DNA of 64,000 nt from Paludibacteraceae bacterium. GTDB lineage: Bacteria; Bacteroidota; Bacteroidia; Bacteroidales; Paludibacteraceae. This document shows, piece after piece, positions 20,701-27,864 of the stretch. The stretch covers positions 273,256 to 337,255 of the forward strand of contig JARLGW010000011.1 in assembly GCA_031292565.1 (NCBI GenBank), written 5' to 3'. The notes under the pieces were generated by a model. That model saw only the letters and a program-made list of their open reading frames with translations, had not been told where the DNA came from and searched no databases. Positions within the stretch are counted from its first letter, which is position 1; each line of letters starts with the position of its first letter. A program made the position numbers and the translations under genes.

Positions 20701-21537
20701 ATCCTTGATGCGCACCGGCACGTTATTCCGCACGGTGACGACGGAATTTTCCAGGTCGTCCAGGTTTTTAATATACCCCAGCCCACGTATAATGTATTCC
20801 ACCTTGTTCATTTCCACCGTTTCGGCACCAATGTCGAGGTTACTCTTTTTCACGGCGGTCATCACATCCATCACGCTCACGTTGTAGGCTTTCAGGGCTT
20901 CGGGGTTCAAATCCACCTGATACTCTTTTACAAATCCACCCACGGAAGCTACTTCGGAAACTCCTTCGGCGGAAGTGAGCCCGTAACGCACGTAATAGTC
21001 TTGAATGGTGCGCAACTCTTCGGGGCTCCATCCTCCGGCGGGTTTCCCCGTTTTCGGGTTTCGGCCTTCCAGCGTGTACCAATATATTTGGCCTAAGGCG
21101 GTGGCATCAGGACCCAGCGAGGGCTGCACTCCGGTGGGCAAGGTGCCGGCAGGTAGCGAGTTGAGTTTTTCCAATATGCGCGAACGGCTCCAATAGAACT
21201 CCACGTTGTCCTTGAAAATAATGTAGATAAAGGACATCCCGAACATGGAGCTGCTACGAATCGTTTTTACCCCCGGTATGCCTTCTAGCGCGGCGGAAAG
21301 GGGGTAGGTAATCTGATCCTGCACATCCTTGGGCGAACGCCCCATCCATTCTGTGGCTACAATCTGCTGATTGTCGCCGATGTCGGGTATGGCATCCACG
21401 GGCACGGGGTTGCGCGGCAAGAATCCTGCGTTCCAGTTAAACGGCATGGTTACCAGTCCGCCTACCACGAAAGCAATAAGCAGGATGTAGGTAATGAGCC
21501 GGTTATCCATGAAATATTTTACAATTCTATTAATCAT
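17710..21537 (-). CDS. cusA: Heavy-metal efflux RND permease, CusA/CzcA family (extended, ~1275 aa)
   Basis: AcrB/CusA-type 12-TM architecture (..VALSGIAIAIGVMVDIGIV.., ..ALFGIATNDGVIM..). The start is moved to M11 (MINRIVKYFMDNRLITYILL). Extra hydrophobic segments lie between TM6 and TM7. Confidence 0.9.
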   Translation of the reverse strand: MINRIVKYFMDNRLITYILLIAFVVGGLVTMPFNWNAGFLPRNPVPVDAIPDIGDNQQIVATEWMGRSPKDVQDQITYPLSAALEGIPGVKTIRSSSMFGMSFIYIIFKDNVEFYWSRSRILEKLNSLPAGTLPTGVQPSLGPDATALGQIYWYTLEGRNPKTGKPAGGWSPEELRTIQDYYVRYGLTSAEGVSEVASVGGFVKEYQVDLNPEALKAYNVSVMDVMTAVKKSNLDIGAETVEMNKVEYIIRGLGYIKNLDDLENSVVTVRNNVPVRIKDVARVNFGPATRRGGLDKGGAEAVGGVIVARYGSNPMEVINNVKDKIKEIQGGLPQKVLPDGTVSKVSVVPFYDRTGLIKETIGTLESALSHEILISIIVIIVLVVNLRASFIVSLLLPIGVLMTFILMKFFGVEANIVALSGIAIAIGVMVDIGIVDVENIIRHLEMPENHNARGKTLFSLIYTATTEVRAAVVTALATTVVSFLPVFAMEAAEGKLFRPLAFTKTFALLSSFMLGMIVLPTLAYLVFSIKIDKKKIGRYVNGAIIVLGLAAIIGWQTWTAVVLIAVGINNLLASRWRDERKEYPSYINIGLTLLVAVYYLTIEWLPLGAHNSTLVNFLFVTGIVAFVLSVILLVIHYYERILRWGLEHKRKFLLIPVFTVLLGILVWLGGEKIFGFVGDGMEKIGWTSFRQSAGWKSITSVFPGIGKEFMPSLNEGSFLLMPTSMPHTGIEQNQAYIRTLDKRLSVIPEVEVAVGKWGRVNSALDPAPVQMFENTINYRSEYILDENGQRMRFKTKGKDGFALINGKTYNPDKEAFRVIPKDSLITDTHGDYFRQWRPEIKKPDDIWNEIVKVTNLPGLTSAPKLQPIETRLIMLSTGMRAPMGLKVYGPDLASIEKAGLQLEQALKEIPAVKSSSVFYDRAVGAPYLEIKLNREAMARYGMTVSDVQEVLQAAVGGMALGNSVEGRERFPMRVRYARELRDNPEDLKQILIPTMNGVQIPLGQISDINYTRGAQMIRSENTFPVGYVIFDKVADKAEVDVVQEATKFLDGKIKSGAIHLPDGVTYKFAGNYEQEIRATKRLSVVIPISLILIFLLLYFQFRTVTASLIHFSGVFVAFAGGFIMLWLYGQGWFLDFSLAGMNMRDLFQMHTINLSVAVWVGFIALFGIATNDGVIMGTYIHQVFEERKPQTVHEVREAVVAAGHKRVRPALMTTAVAVIALLPVLTSTGKGADIMVPMAIPTFGGMVIQSMTIFVVPIFQAIWREHAIKKTIHNS

Positions 21538-21559
21538 CTTGTTGTTCTTTTCATAAATT

Positions 21560-21640
21560 ACCCCCAACCCCTTAAAGGGGACTATTGTATTTGCAAACAG
21601 TTTGGATTAATCTAAAGTCCCCTTTAGGGGATTTAGGGGT
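21560..21640. repeat. Palindromic CCCC..GGGG repeat element in the HMBD-gene/cusA spacer
   Basis: ACCCCCAACCCCTTAAAGGGGAC (21560..21582) is inverted with respect to GTCCCCTTTAGGGGATTTAGGGGT (21617..21640). The same word family occurs at 14761..14803 and 41486..41524. Confidence 0.65.
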
Positions 21641-21659
21641 AGTTCATATTTATTCATAC

Positions 21660-21863
21660 CTATTTCTTTTCAACCAAGTCCATGCCGCATTTTGGGCATT
21701 TACCTGGTTTGTCACTTTGCACTTCAGGGTGCATCGGGCAGGTGTAAATCACGGCTGTCTTTGTTTCAGACGTCTTTGCTTCAGCTTTTTTGCCTCCGCT
21801 ACAAGCGGTTGTTCCAGCTACCAAGAAAGCGGCTAAGGCTAAAAATAAAACTACTTTTTTCAT
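21660..21863 (-). CDS. Small secreted/lipoprotein with heavy-metal-binding domain
   Basis: 67 aa. The signal peptide has a Cys (..GTTACSGG..). The motif YTCPMHPEVQSDKPGKCPKCGMDLV is the same as in the CusB N-terminus. Confidence 0.8.
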   Translation of the reverse strand: MKKVVLFLALAAFLVAGTTACSGGKKAEAKTSETKTAVIYTCPMHPEVQSDKPGKCPKCGMDLVEKK

Positions 21864-21906
21864 ACTAAATTAATTTTTGAATGCATATTTATAAAAGAAC
21901 AGATGA

Positions 21907-22275
21907 TTAGTTGCGTTTGTACTGGCAGCAACCGGGTAATGCTTGATAGGTTTTATCAGTTGCTTTGTACTTTTCGTTGTCATGCCCCACGGCGGCAATT
22001 TGTTTTGCTATTTTGTCGAGTGAGGTTTTTTTTGAATCAAAACTTACGGTTAATACTTGTTTGGATGAGTTCCAATCTGCCTTGGTTGCTCCGGCTGTTG
22101 ACGCGGCTTTTTCAATTCGAGCTTTACAGGTGCCGCAATTGCCAGAAACTTTCAAGGTTTGGGTTACGGTAGTTTTAGCTGACGATTGTGCTTTTGAAGC
22201 AATCGTTTTGGCTTGTTGAGCAGATACAGTGATGGCTAATACGCCTATAAAAAGGGCTGTTAATATAGTTTTCAT
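21907..22275 (-). CDS. Periplasmic heavy-metal-associated (HMA-like) domain protein
   Basis: 122 aa with a signal peptide. It has a ferredoxin-like HMA pattern with GNCGTCKARIEKAA (CxxC) and a C-terminal PGCCQYKR motif. Confidence 0.75.
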   Translation of the reverse strand: MKTILTALFIGVLAITVSAQQAKTIASKAQSSAKTTVTQTLKVSGNCGTCKARIEKAASTAGATKADWNSSKQVLTVSFDSKKTSLDKIAKQIAAVGHDNEKYKATDKTYQALPGCCQYKRN

Positions 22276-22412
22276 ACGAATAATTTATTAAATGGATTAA
22301 AGATATAGTTGTGTTGCATCTTATCCTTACACGAGGATAAAACACAGATGAGAAAACGAAAGTTCGGGAAACAGCAAAAATAGCTATCTCCTAAACGATG
22401 AAGGATGGAAGT

Positions 22413-22832
22413 TTAAATACGAAAAACACAAATGGACGACAAGTTTACCTTGCTCGCCAATTCATTTCCGGGAGGAAATTCATTCGTGCGTATAGCTGTT
22501 GTTGATATAGGTACAATAGAGAGGGCGGTGAACCCAAGAGGGTTTGTTGCCAATAATTGATATTCTTTTACTATAGGAGTGCTGAAAGTGCTTTGCTCGT
22601 AATTAGGATCTACGGTAAGTTGAGCAATTTCATTATGACAGCAATTTTGCTTTACCAGCGTTTGATGGGCTTTTTCGTCCACATCATTTTTCATTCCGCA
22701 AGTAGCCCGTTCGCCTGATAATGATATTTTGGTAGCCACGTGACGGCCTCCGCAAATATGATTTGCCACGCTAAGGTGCATCCCCGAAAGGAGCATAATA
22801 CCCGCTATTAATATGGAGGCTGCTTTTTTCAT
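22413..22832 (-). CDS. Small secreted His/Cys-rich protein, resembles the HYC_CC_PP family
   Basis: 139 aa with a signal peptide. The ordered motifs are NHICGG, NCCHNE and EFPPGN. It is the first gene of the metal locus. The family name is from memory and was not verified. Confidence 0.55.
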   Translation of the reverse strand: MKKAASILIAGIMLLSGMHLSVANHICGGRHVATKISLSGERATCGMKNDVDEKAHQTLVKQNCCHNEIAQLTVDPNYEQSTFSTPIVKEYQLLATNPLGFTALSIVPISTTAIRTNEFPPGNELASKVNLSSICVFRI

Positions 22833-22848
22833 TTTATCTAATAAAGTA

Positions 22849-22856
22849 CAAAGTTA
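22849..22856 (-). promoter_or_regulatory. Candidate -7 box (TAACTTTG on minus strand) for the metal-efflux locus
   Basis: CAAAGTTA on the plus strand. It is 17 nt upstream of the ATG at 22832. Confidence 0.45.
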
Positions 22857-22931
22857 CCGAAAAGATTAATGCAAGGTGTATTGTTTTTTATTTTTTAACG
22901 GAGGCTGTTTGTTTGTGAGATAGTTAAAACA

Positions 22932-22967
22932 AGAACAGGATTTGAGATGATTCTCAAATCCTGTTCT
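22932..22967 (-). terminator. Hairpin terminator after the lipoprotein gene
   Basis: AGAACAGGATTTGAGA-TGAT-TCTCAAATCCTGTTCT forms a perfect 16-bp stem. It lies 26 nt after the stop codon at 22993. Confidence 0.7.
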
Positions 22968-22992
22968 TCTGATTAGGTATAATGATTTTAAT

Positions 22993-23739
22993 CTATTGCC
23001 TTTTGAAAATGCCTCCGGCTGTTATGTCTATACCTAAGTCTGAATTTATTTGGTATAAATTAAGATTTTCATTTTCAAATTTATAGTAACATATTGCCAC
23101 ATAACTGGCATCAGTACTTGAGGTTATTGTGATTTTATTACCACTTACCGTGTAGGTGCCTTTATCTGGAACAGTGAAATTTGAACCAACAGAAACAAAA
23201 GTGCCATCTGAATTGAATGTGACGGAATCTGGTGTTGTTGCAGTATCGGTTTTAATACCGTTTATGATAAGGTAATCTTTTGTATCTTTCCATGTGCCTA
23301 TCAAGCTAGTGCTTGAATTTGTAGTGGTAACGACACTGCTTTTCCGAGTTAGGATAAATCCTTTTTCGGAAGTACCTCCTGTGGCTGTAGTAGTGCTTTC
23401 GTATATGTATAATTTATTGCCTTGTATTTTGTATTCTTTGGTTTTATAACTACCACTTTCGTCGGTGTACGAAATAATGCCGTCTTTTACGGAATAAGAT
23501 CCTTTTTGGTTTACGGTGTCGCCCATAATATACAAAACATGATTGCTGTCGAAAGAATAAGTTTCGCCGTTTGTTACCGAAGAACTCAAGTCATAGCCGT
23601 TTACTATGGAGTAAGTGCTAGTATATTGCCAAGTTCCGTTAAAAGCATCTTCGGTAGTGATATCATCTCCATTTTTGCATCCTACAAACGATAGCAGCGA
23701 AAAAAGAATTGCCGTGGAATAAATAAGAATTTTTTTCAT
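22993..23739 (-). CDS. Lipoprotein of unknown function (two lipocalin-like halves)
   Basis: The lipobox is MKKILIYSTAILFSLLSFVGC. There is an internal duplication (GTWQYTSTYSIVNG.. and GTWKDTKDYLIING..). Confidence 0.6.
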   Translation of the reverse strand: MKKILIYSTAILFSLLSFVGCKNGDDITTEDAFNGTWQYTSTYSIVNGYDLSSSVTNGETYSFDSNHVLYIMGDTVNQKGSYSVKDGIISYTDESGSYKTKEYKIQGNKLYIYESTTTATGGTSEKGFILTRKSSVVTTTNSSTSLIGTWKDTKDYLIINGIKTDTATTPDSVTFNSDGTFVSVGSNFTVPDKGTYTVSGNKITITSSTDASYVAICYYKFENENLNLYQINSDLGIDITAGGIFKRQ

Positions 23740-24004
23740 GCGAAGTGTGTCGTTAATTCTATTTGTTTGATTGTTAATTCTATCCTTGAAATAAATTTTG
23801 CCTACAAAAGTATTGAAAATATCAAATAAATTATAGTATAAGGCTTAGTTTGTTTGAATAAAATATCATTTTTAAGACAATCAAACACAACTAAATCAGG
23901 GCAATTCCTTGTTTTGCCTTGATTCTTTATGAGTGTCGCAGATTGATCTTCTAAATAATTTTAAAAATTAAACGTACAATTCGTATATATATTGCCTGAT
24001 AAAT

Positions 24005-24406
24005 TTATAGTTCTTCTTCTGTTTCGGCTATTGGGTGGAAGTGATTGCGGATAGCCGCGAAAATTTGCGTTAAATTTCCGTTAGCAATCCAAGCCGATAG
24101 GTTTTCAATCAGGGCAGAGCCTAAAAAGCTGTTGCCAGCTTGCTTTTTCTTCGACAGGTGGTTTAATACAAAACGTAGGCTTATGTTAAGTCCCGCTTTG
24201 GCCAAGTCCATATACAAATCGGAATCCGTGGCCAGTCGGTGAATCGATTCTTTGAAGCGGGTAATGGGGTTGAGAGAATCCATAAAGCGGCTGAACGATT
24301 CTTTTAGCTCTTCTTCCTGAAGGCTTTTTTCTTCCTTTAGTTCGTTTATTTGTTTTATCAAGTCGTCGTAACTTGATATTTGAATTTGTTTAGCTTCCAT
24401 ATCCAT
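24005..24406 (-). CDS. Hypothetical coiled-coil protein
   Basis: 133 aa. It sits 6 nt downstream of the Holin-X-like gene. I recognised no family motif. Confidence 0.55.
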   Translation of the reverse strand: MDMEAKQIQISSYDDLIKQINELKEEKSLQEEELKESFSRFMDSLNPITRFKESIHRLATDSDLYMDLAKAGLNISLRFVLNHLSKKKQAGNSFLGSALIENLSAWIANGNLTQIFAAIRNHFHPIAETEEEL

Positions 24407-24412
24407 CGTAGT

Positions 24413-24757
24413 TTAATTTTTACTAAAAATAATCCGAACTATTTTTTCACGAAGAGGACCTTCTAATAATTTTTTCCGGCAGAGAATTAATACCACACCC
24501 ACGAGCAGATAAAAGCTGGTTATGATAACAAACCCCGCATATGGATTGTTCAGTAGTGCCGAAAGGTAGAAGCCCAAGCACAAACTAAGAAAGAACACGA
24601 ACAAAACAACGACGAACCCGATGATAGCCCAGCCTATTAACCCGGCTCCCAGTACCGAAGCCCGTTCGGCAGCCTGTAGCTTAAATAGTTCGTAATTGGT
24701 ATTGACATATTTCTTAAGGTTCTCGGTGAGTTCCTCCATTTTTACATCTTCTTGCAT
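24413..24757 (-). CDS. Phage holin family / Holin-X-like (DUF1469-type) membrane protein
   Basis: ..YELFKLQAAERASVLGAGLIGWAIIGFVVVLFVFFLSLCLGFYLSALL..GFVIITSFYLLVGVVLIL.. gives two TM hairpins. The start is taken at M30 (MQEDVKMEEL); the ORF track extends to 24844. Confidence 0.65.
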   Translation of the reverse strand: MQEDVKMEELTENLKKYVNTNYELFKLQAAERASVLGAGLIGWAIIGFVVVLFVFFLSLCLGFYLSALLNNPYAGFVIITSFYLLVGVVLILCRKKLLEGPLREKIVRIIFSKN

Positions 24758-24912
24758 AAGCGTGTTATTTTTTTGATAATAATTTAGTCCTATTAAAAAA
24801 TTGGTCAACCACAAAGCCTTATTAAAAACTTTAGGTTGACCCATTTTATATTGTGCTCCGGCTATCCACCTTGTTTGGGTTCGATGCCTTGTTCGGTTCG
24901 TCAGTAAGCTTT

Positions 24913-25113
24913 TTATTCTGCATTTTCAGCTTCCGGCCCTTTTTTAATAATTTTCTTTTTCAGGTCTTCGGCTAAATCTTTAGCACTGTTTGCCAGTTTA
25001 CTGCGGGTTTCACTTCCTTTGTCGGGAGCAAATAGAACACCAATGGCTCCACCTACAAGAGCTCCAAGCAATAATGCGCCGACAAGTTTAACTGTGTCTT
25101 TTGAATTTTCCAT
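24913..25113 (-). CDS. YtxH domain-containing protein
   Basis: The 66-aa product is [47 protein letters not shown]. The start is at M68 of track ORF 24913..25314; the upstream part is AT-rich junk. Confidence 0.75.
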   Translation of the reverse strand: MENSKDTVKLVGALLLGALVGGAIGVLFAPDKGSETRSKLANSAKDLAEDLKKKIIKKGPEAENAE

Positions 25114-25386
25114 AATTGTCTGTATTAAAATTGTTTTTATAAAAAAATAAAATATTATCTTCTCTATATAATAGAACAACAAACAGGAAAAAGTGTTTTT
25201 AGTCTTTCTCAAAAATAATAAATTTATTTTTATATCCAACCAAAAACTAAAAAATATTTGAAAAAGAAATAAGCTAAAAATGGAATAATTTTTGTTGTTC
25301 AATAATTCTTTCACTATCAGAAATATTATTTTCCCACGCGAACAGTTAATGCAAAAATTTCAAAGGCTGTTCTATGGTAAAAACCT

Positions 25387-25394
25387 TATATTTG
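25387..25394 (+). promoter_or_regulatory. Candidate -7 box (TATATTTG) for the pectin-degradation cluster
   Basis: Matches TAnnTTTG. It is 35 nt upstream of the ATG at 25429. Confidence 0.45.
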
Positions 25395-25428
25395 AAACGC
25401 GAAAATAAATATACCTAAATCGTTACTT

Positions 25429-26628
25429 ATGAGAATTATAAAATCATTACTACTTCTATCTGTTTTATCCTTATGCTCATCATCTCTCCCGGCAGCTAAA
25501 AAGCCTGATATATACACCCAATGGGCTATAACCATAGCTAATTCGGAAATGAAACATAACCCCGAACTGTGGCAGGCCGATTTTGTAAAGCAACCCAAGT
25601 GGGATTATACGCAAGGCTTGGTGGCAAAATCCTTAACCTTGCTTTTTGTACAAACAAAGGATAGTACCTATTATAAATATGTAAAAACCTTTGCCGATTA
25701 TTTTGTGCAACCCGGTGGCGAAATTCTCACCTACAAAGTGTCCGACTACAGTTTGGATAAATTGAACGGCGGAAAATTTCTGTTGGATATGTACCATTTC
25801 ACCAAAGATGAAAAATATTTGAAAGCCGTGAAGATGCTTCGCGGACAATTGGATACACATCCTCGCACTTCGGTAGGGGTGTACTGGCACAAAAAGATTT
25901 ACAACGATCAGGTTTGGCTGGACGGCCTTTACATGGGAGCTCCTTTCTACGCCCAATGTGCCAAGGAGTTCAATGAGCCGATGACTGCTTTTGACGATGC
26001 CGCTAAACAATTAGTGGTAGGCGACAGGGTTACTTACGACGACCGCACGGGCTTGAACTTCCACGCGTGGGACGAAAGTAAAACGCAACAATGGGCTGAC
26101 CCTAAAACCGGACATTCGCCTAACTTTTGGAGTCGAAGCATAGGATGGTATATGATGGCGATGGTGGATGTATTGGATTATCTGCCTAAAAACCATCCGC
26201 AACGGGCTGCTATTATCACCAACCTGAACCGATTAACAAAAGCCTTAGGTACTTTTCAAGACCCCATTACCGGCATGTGGTTTCAAGTAACCGACCAACC
26301 TCGCAGGGATGGCAACTATGTAGAATCATCCTCCACCGCCATGTTTATCTATGCCATAGCCAAAGGCGTAAACAAAAAATATTTACCGAAGGAATATAGC
26401 AAAATAGCCAGTAAGGCTTTCGACGGGTTTATCAAGAATGCCACCCAGCAAAACGCCGATGGCACCACCTCTATAACCAAAGCCTGCTCGGTAGCCGGGT
26501 TGGGTGGTAAGCCATATCGCGACGGTTCGTTTGCCTACTACATAGGCGAACCCGTACGCAACGACGACCCCAAGGTAATCGGCCCTTTTATCATGGCCTG
26601 CTTGGAAATGAGCAAAATGTGTAAGTAA
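25429..26628 (+). CDS. Glycoside hydrolase family 105 (unsaturated rhamnogalacturonyl hydrolase, YteR/YesR-like)
   Basis: A signal peptide is followed by WDYTQGLV, DGLYMGAPFYAQ and WSRSIGWYMMAMVDVLDYLP motifs, which are typical of GH105. Confidence 0.8.
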   Translation: MRIIKSLLLLSVLSLCSSSLPAAKKPDIYTQWAITIANSEMKHNPELWQADFVKQPKWDYTQGLVAKSLTLLFVQTKDSTYYKYVKTFADYFVQPGGEILTYKVSDYSLDKLNGGKFLLDMYHFTKDEKYLKAVKMLRGQLDTHPRTSVGVYWHKKIYNDQVWLDGLYMGAPFYAQCAKEFNEPMTAFDDAAKQLVVGDRVTYDDRTGLNFHAWDESKTQQWADPKTGHSPNFWSRSIGWYMMAMVDVLDYLPKNHPQRAAIITNLNRLTKALGTFQDPITGMWFQVTDQPRRDGNYVESSSTAMFIYAIAKGVNKKYLPKEYSKIASKAFDGFIKNATQQNADGTTSITKACSVAGLGGKPYRDGSFAYYIGEPVRNDDPKVIGPFIMACLEMSKMCK

Positions 26629-26719
26629 AAACGGAACACAAATTACACAAATGGCACAAAATAAATAGGTTGAAAAATGTGCATGTAGTCTTTTTGTGTA
26701 ATTCGCGTTCAAATATTTA

Positions 26720-27568
26720 ATGTATATGAAAAAGATCATTCTTTGTTCGTTGGCTGTTTTGATGGCAGCCGGTTTTATCTCGATGAAACAAAAACCAGTA
26801 AAAATATTTTTAGCCGGCGACTCCACCATGGCCGATAAAGAAAAGAAAGCCTTTCCCGAAACAGGATGGGGCATGGTGTTGCCTTCTTATTTTAATGATG
26901 ATGTGGTGATTGAAAATCATGCCCGCAACGGACGTAGTAGCCGTACCTTCATTAGCGAAGGTCGTTGGGACTTCCTGATAAACCGGGTGAGCGACGGCGA
27001 CTACGTGGTAATTCAATTCGGGCATAACGACCAAAGCAAACAAAAAGTGGATAGATACACACCACCAGCCGATTACAAGAAAAACCTCGAACGTTTTGTG
27101 TCCGATGTACGTGCTAAAGGAGCTATCCCAATCCTGTGCACCCCTGTGGAACGCCGCAAATTTGACAAGGATAGTAACTTTGTAGATCAACATGGCGTTT
27201 ATCCAAGCTTAGTGCGTCAGGTAGCCAAAGAGATGAAAGTTTATTTGGTGGATATGCAGCATAGCAGCATGGATTTTGTGATAAATGCAGGTAACGAAGG
27301 CTCCAAGCAATATTATATGCATGTGAAACCGGGCGAGTGTGAAAAATACCCGAATGGGAATGAAGACAATACCCATTTCAAGCCCGCCGGAGCTATGGAA
27401 ATGGCCCGTGAGTTTGTGGAAGGGTTGCAGCAATTGGGCATCAAGCCGTTGGTGGACAATTTGAAACCGGCATCGTCAGTGAAATTGCAATACACAGTTC
27501 CCGTTCAGGGCTTGAACGATTTGAAAAACACCATCGACCACACGCTGGACGAAGGCAAAACGAAATAA
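26720..27568 (+). CDS. Rhamnogalacturonan acetylesterase (SGNH/GDSL hydrolase, CE12)
   Basis: The SGNH blocks are present: IFLAGDSTMAD, ..GWG.., ARNGRSSRTF, QFGHNDQ and DNTHF. Confidence 0.8.
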   Translation: MYMKKIILCSLAVLMAAGFISMKQKPVKIFLAGDSTMADKEKKAFPETGWGMVLPSYFNDDVVIENHARNGRSSRTFISEGRWDFLINRVSDGDYVVIQFGHNDQSKQKVDRYTPPADYKKNLERFVSDVRAKGAIPILCTPVERRKFDKDSNFVDQHGVYPSLVRQVAKEMKVYLVDMQHSSMDFVINAGNEGSKQYYMHVKPGECEKYPNGNEDNTHFKPAGAMEMAREFVEGLQQLGIKPLVDNLKPASSVKLQYTVPVQGLNDLKNTIDHTLDEGKTK

Positions 27569-27579
27569 AAATCACATAC

Positions 27580-27620
27580 AAATCCCGCGAAGCAGAAGAA
27601 TGGCTGCTTTTTCGGGATTT
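27580..27620 (+). terminator. Hairpin terminator after the CE12 gene
   Basis: AAATCCCGCGAAGCAG-AAGAATGG-CTGCTTTTTCGGGATTT. It lies 12 nt after the stop codon. Confidence 0.65.
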
Positions 27621-27864
27621 TACTTAAAATGGTGTAGAGAGGCTATCTTTCGCCTTGGCTGGAAACCGTTAAGAAAATGGTCGAAATGAAGCGTTGAGAA
27701 ATCATCATTGTTTGACGACCGTGAGGGAGGAGTTTGATGATTTTAGCGAAATGCAGATCATTTTTAGGTTTGCAGGCTAAGTGACGGCTTTTTTTGTTTA
27801 CTTTTTTGAGCTGTAGCAAAAAAGTAAAAGCCTGTCTGGCTTGAAGACATAAATAAAGAACATT

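Noticed and set aside
24413-24844. The holin annotation as evidence of a prophage or lysis cassette.
   Set aside because: There is no endolysin, spanin, capsid, tail or integrase gene in the neighbourhood. The neighbours are YtxH and a small helical protein.
26383-26874. A 163-aa minus-strand ORF spanning the GH105 end, the spacer and the CE12 start.
   Set aside because: It overlaps two well-supported plus-strand genes and has no motifs. It is most likely chance.
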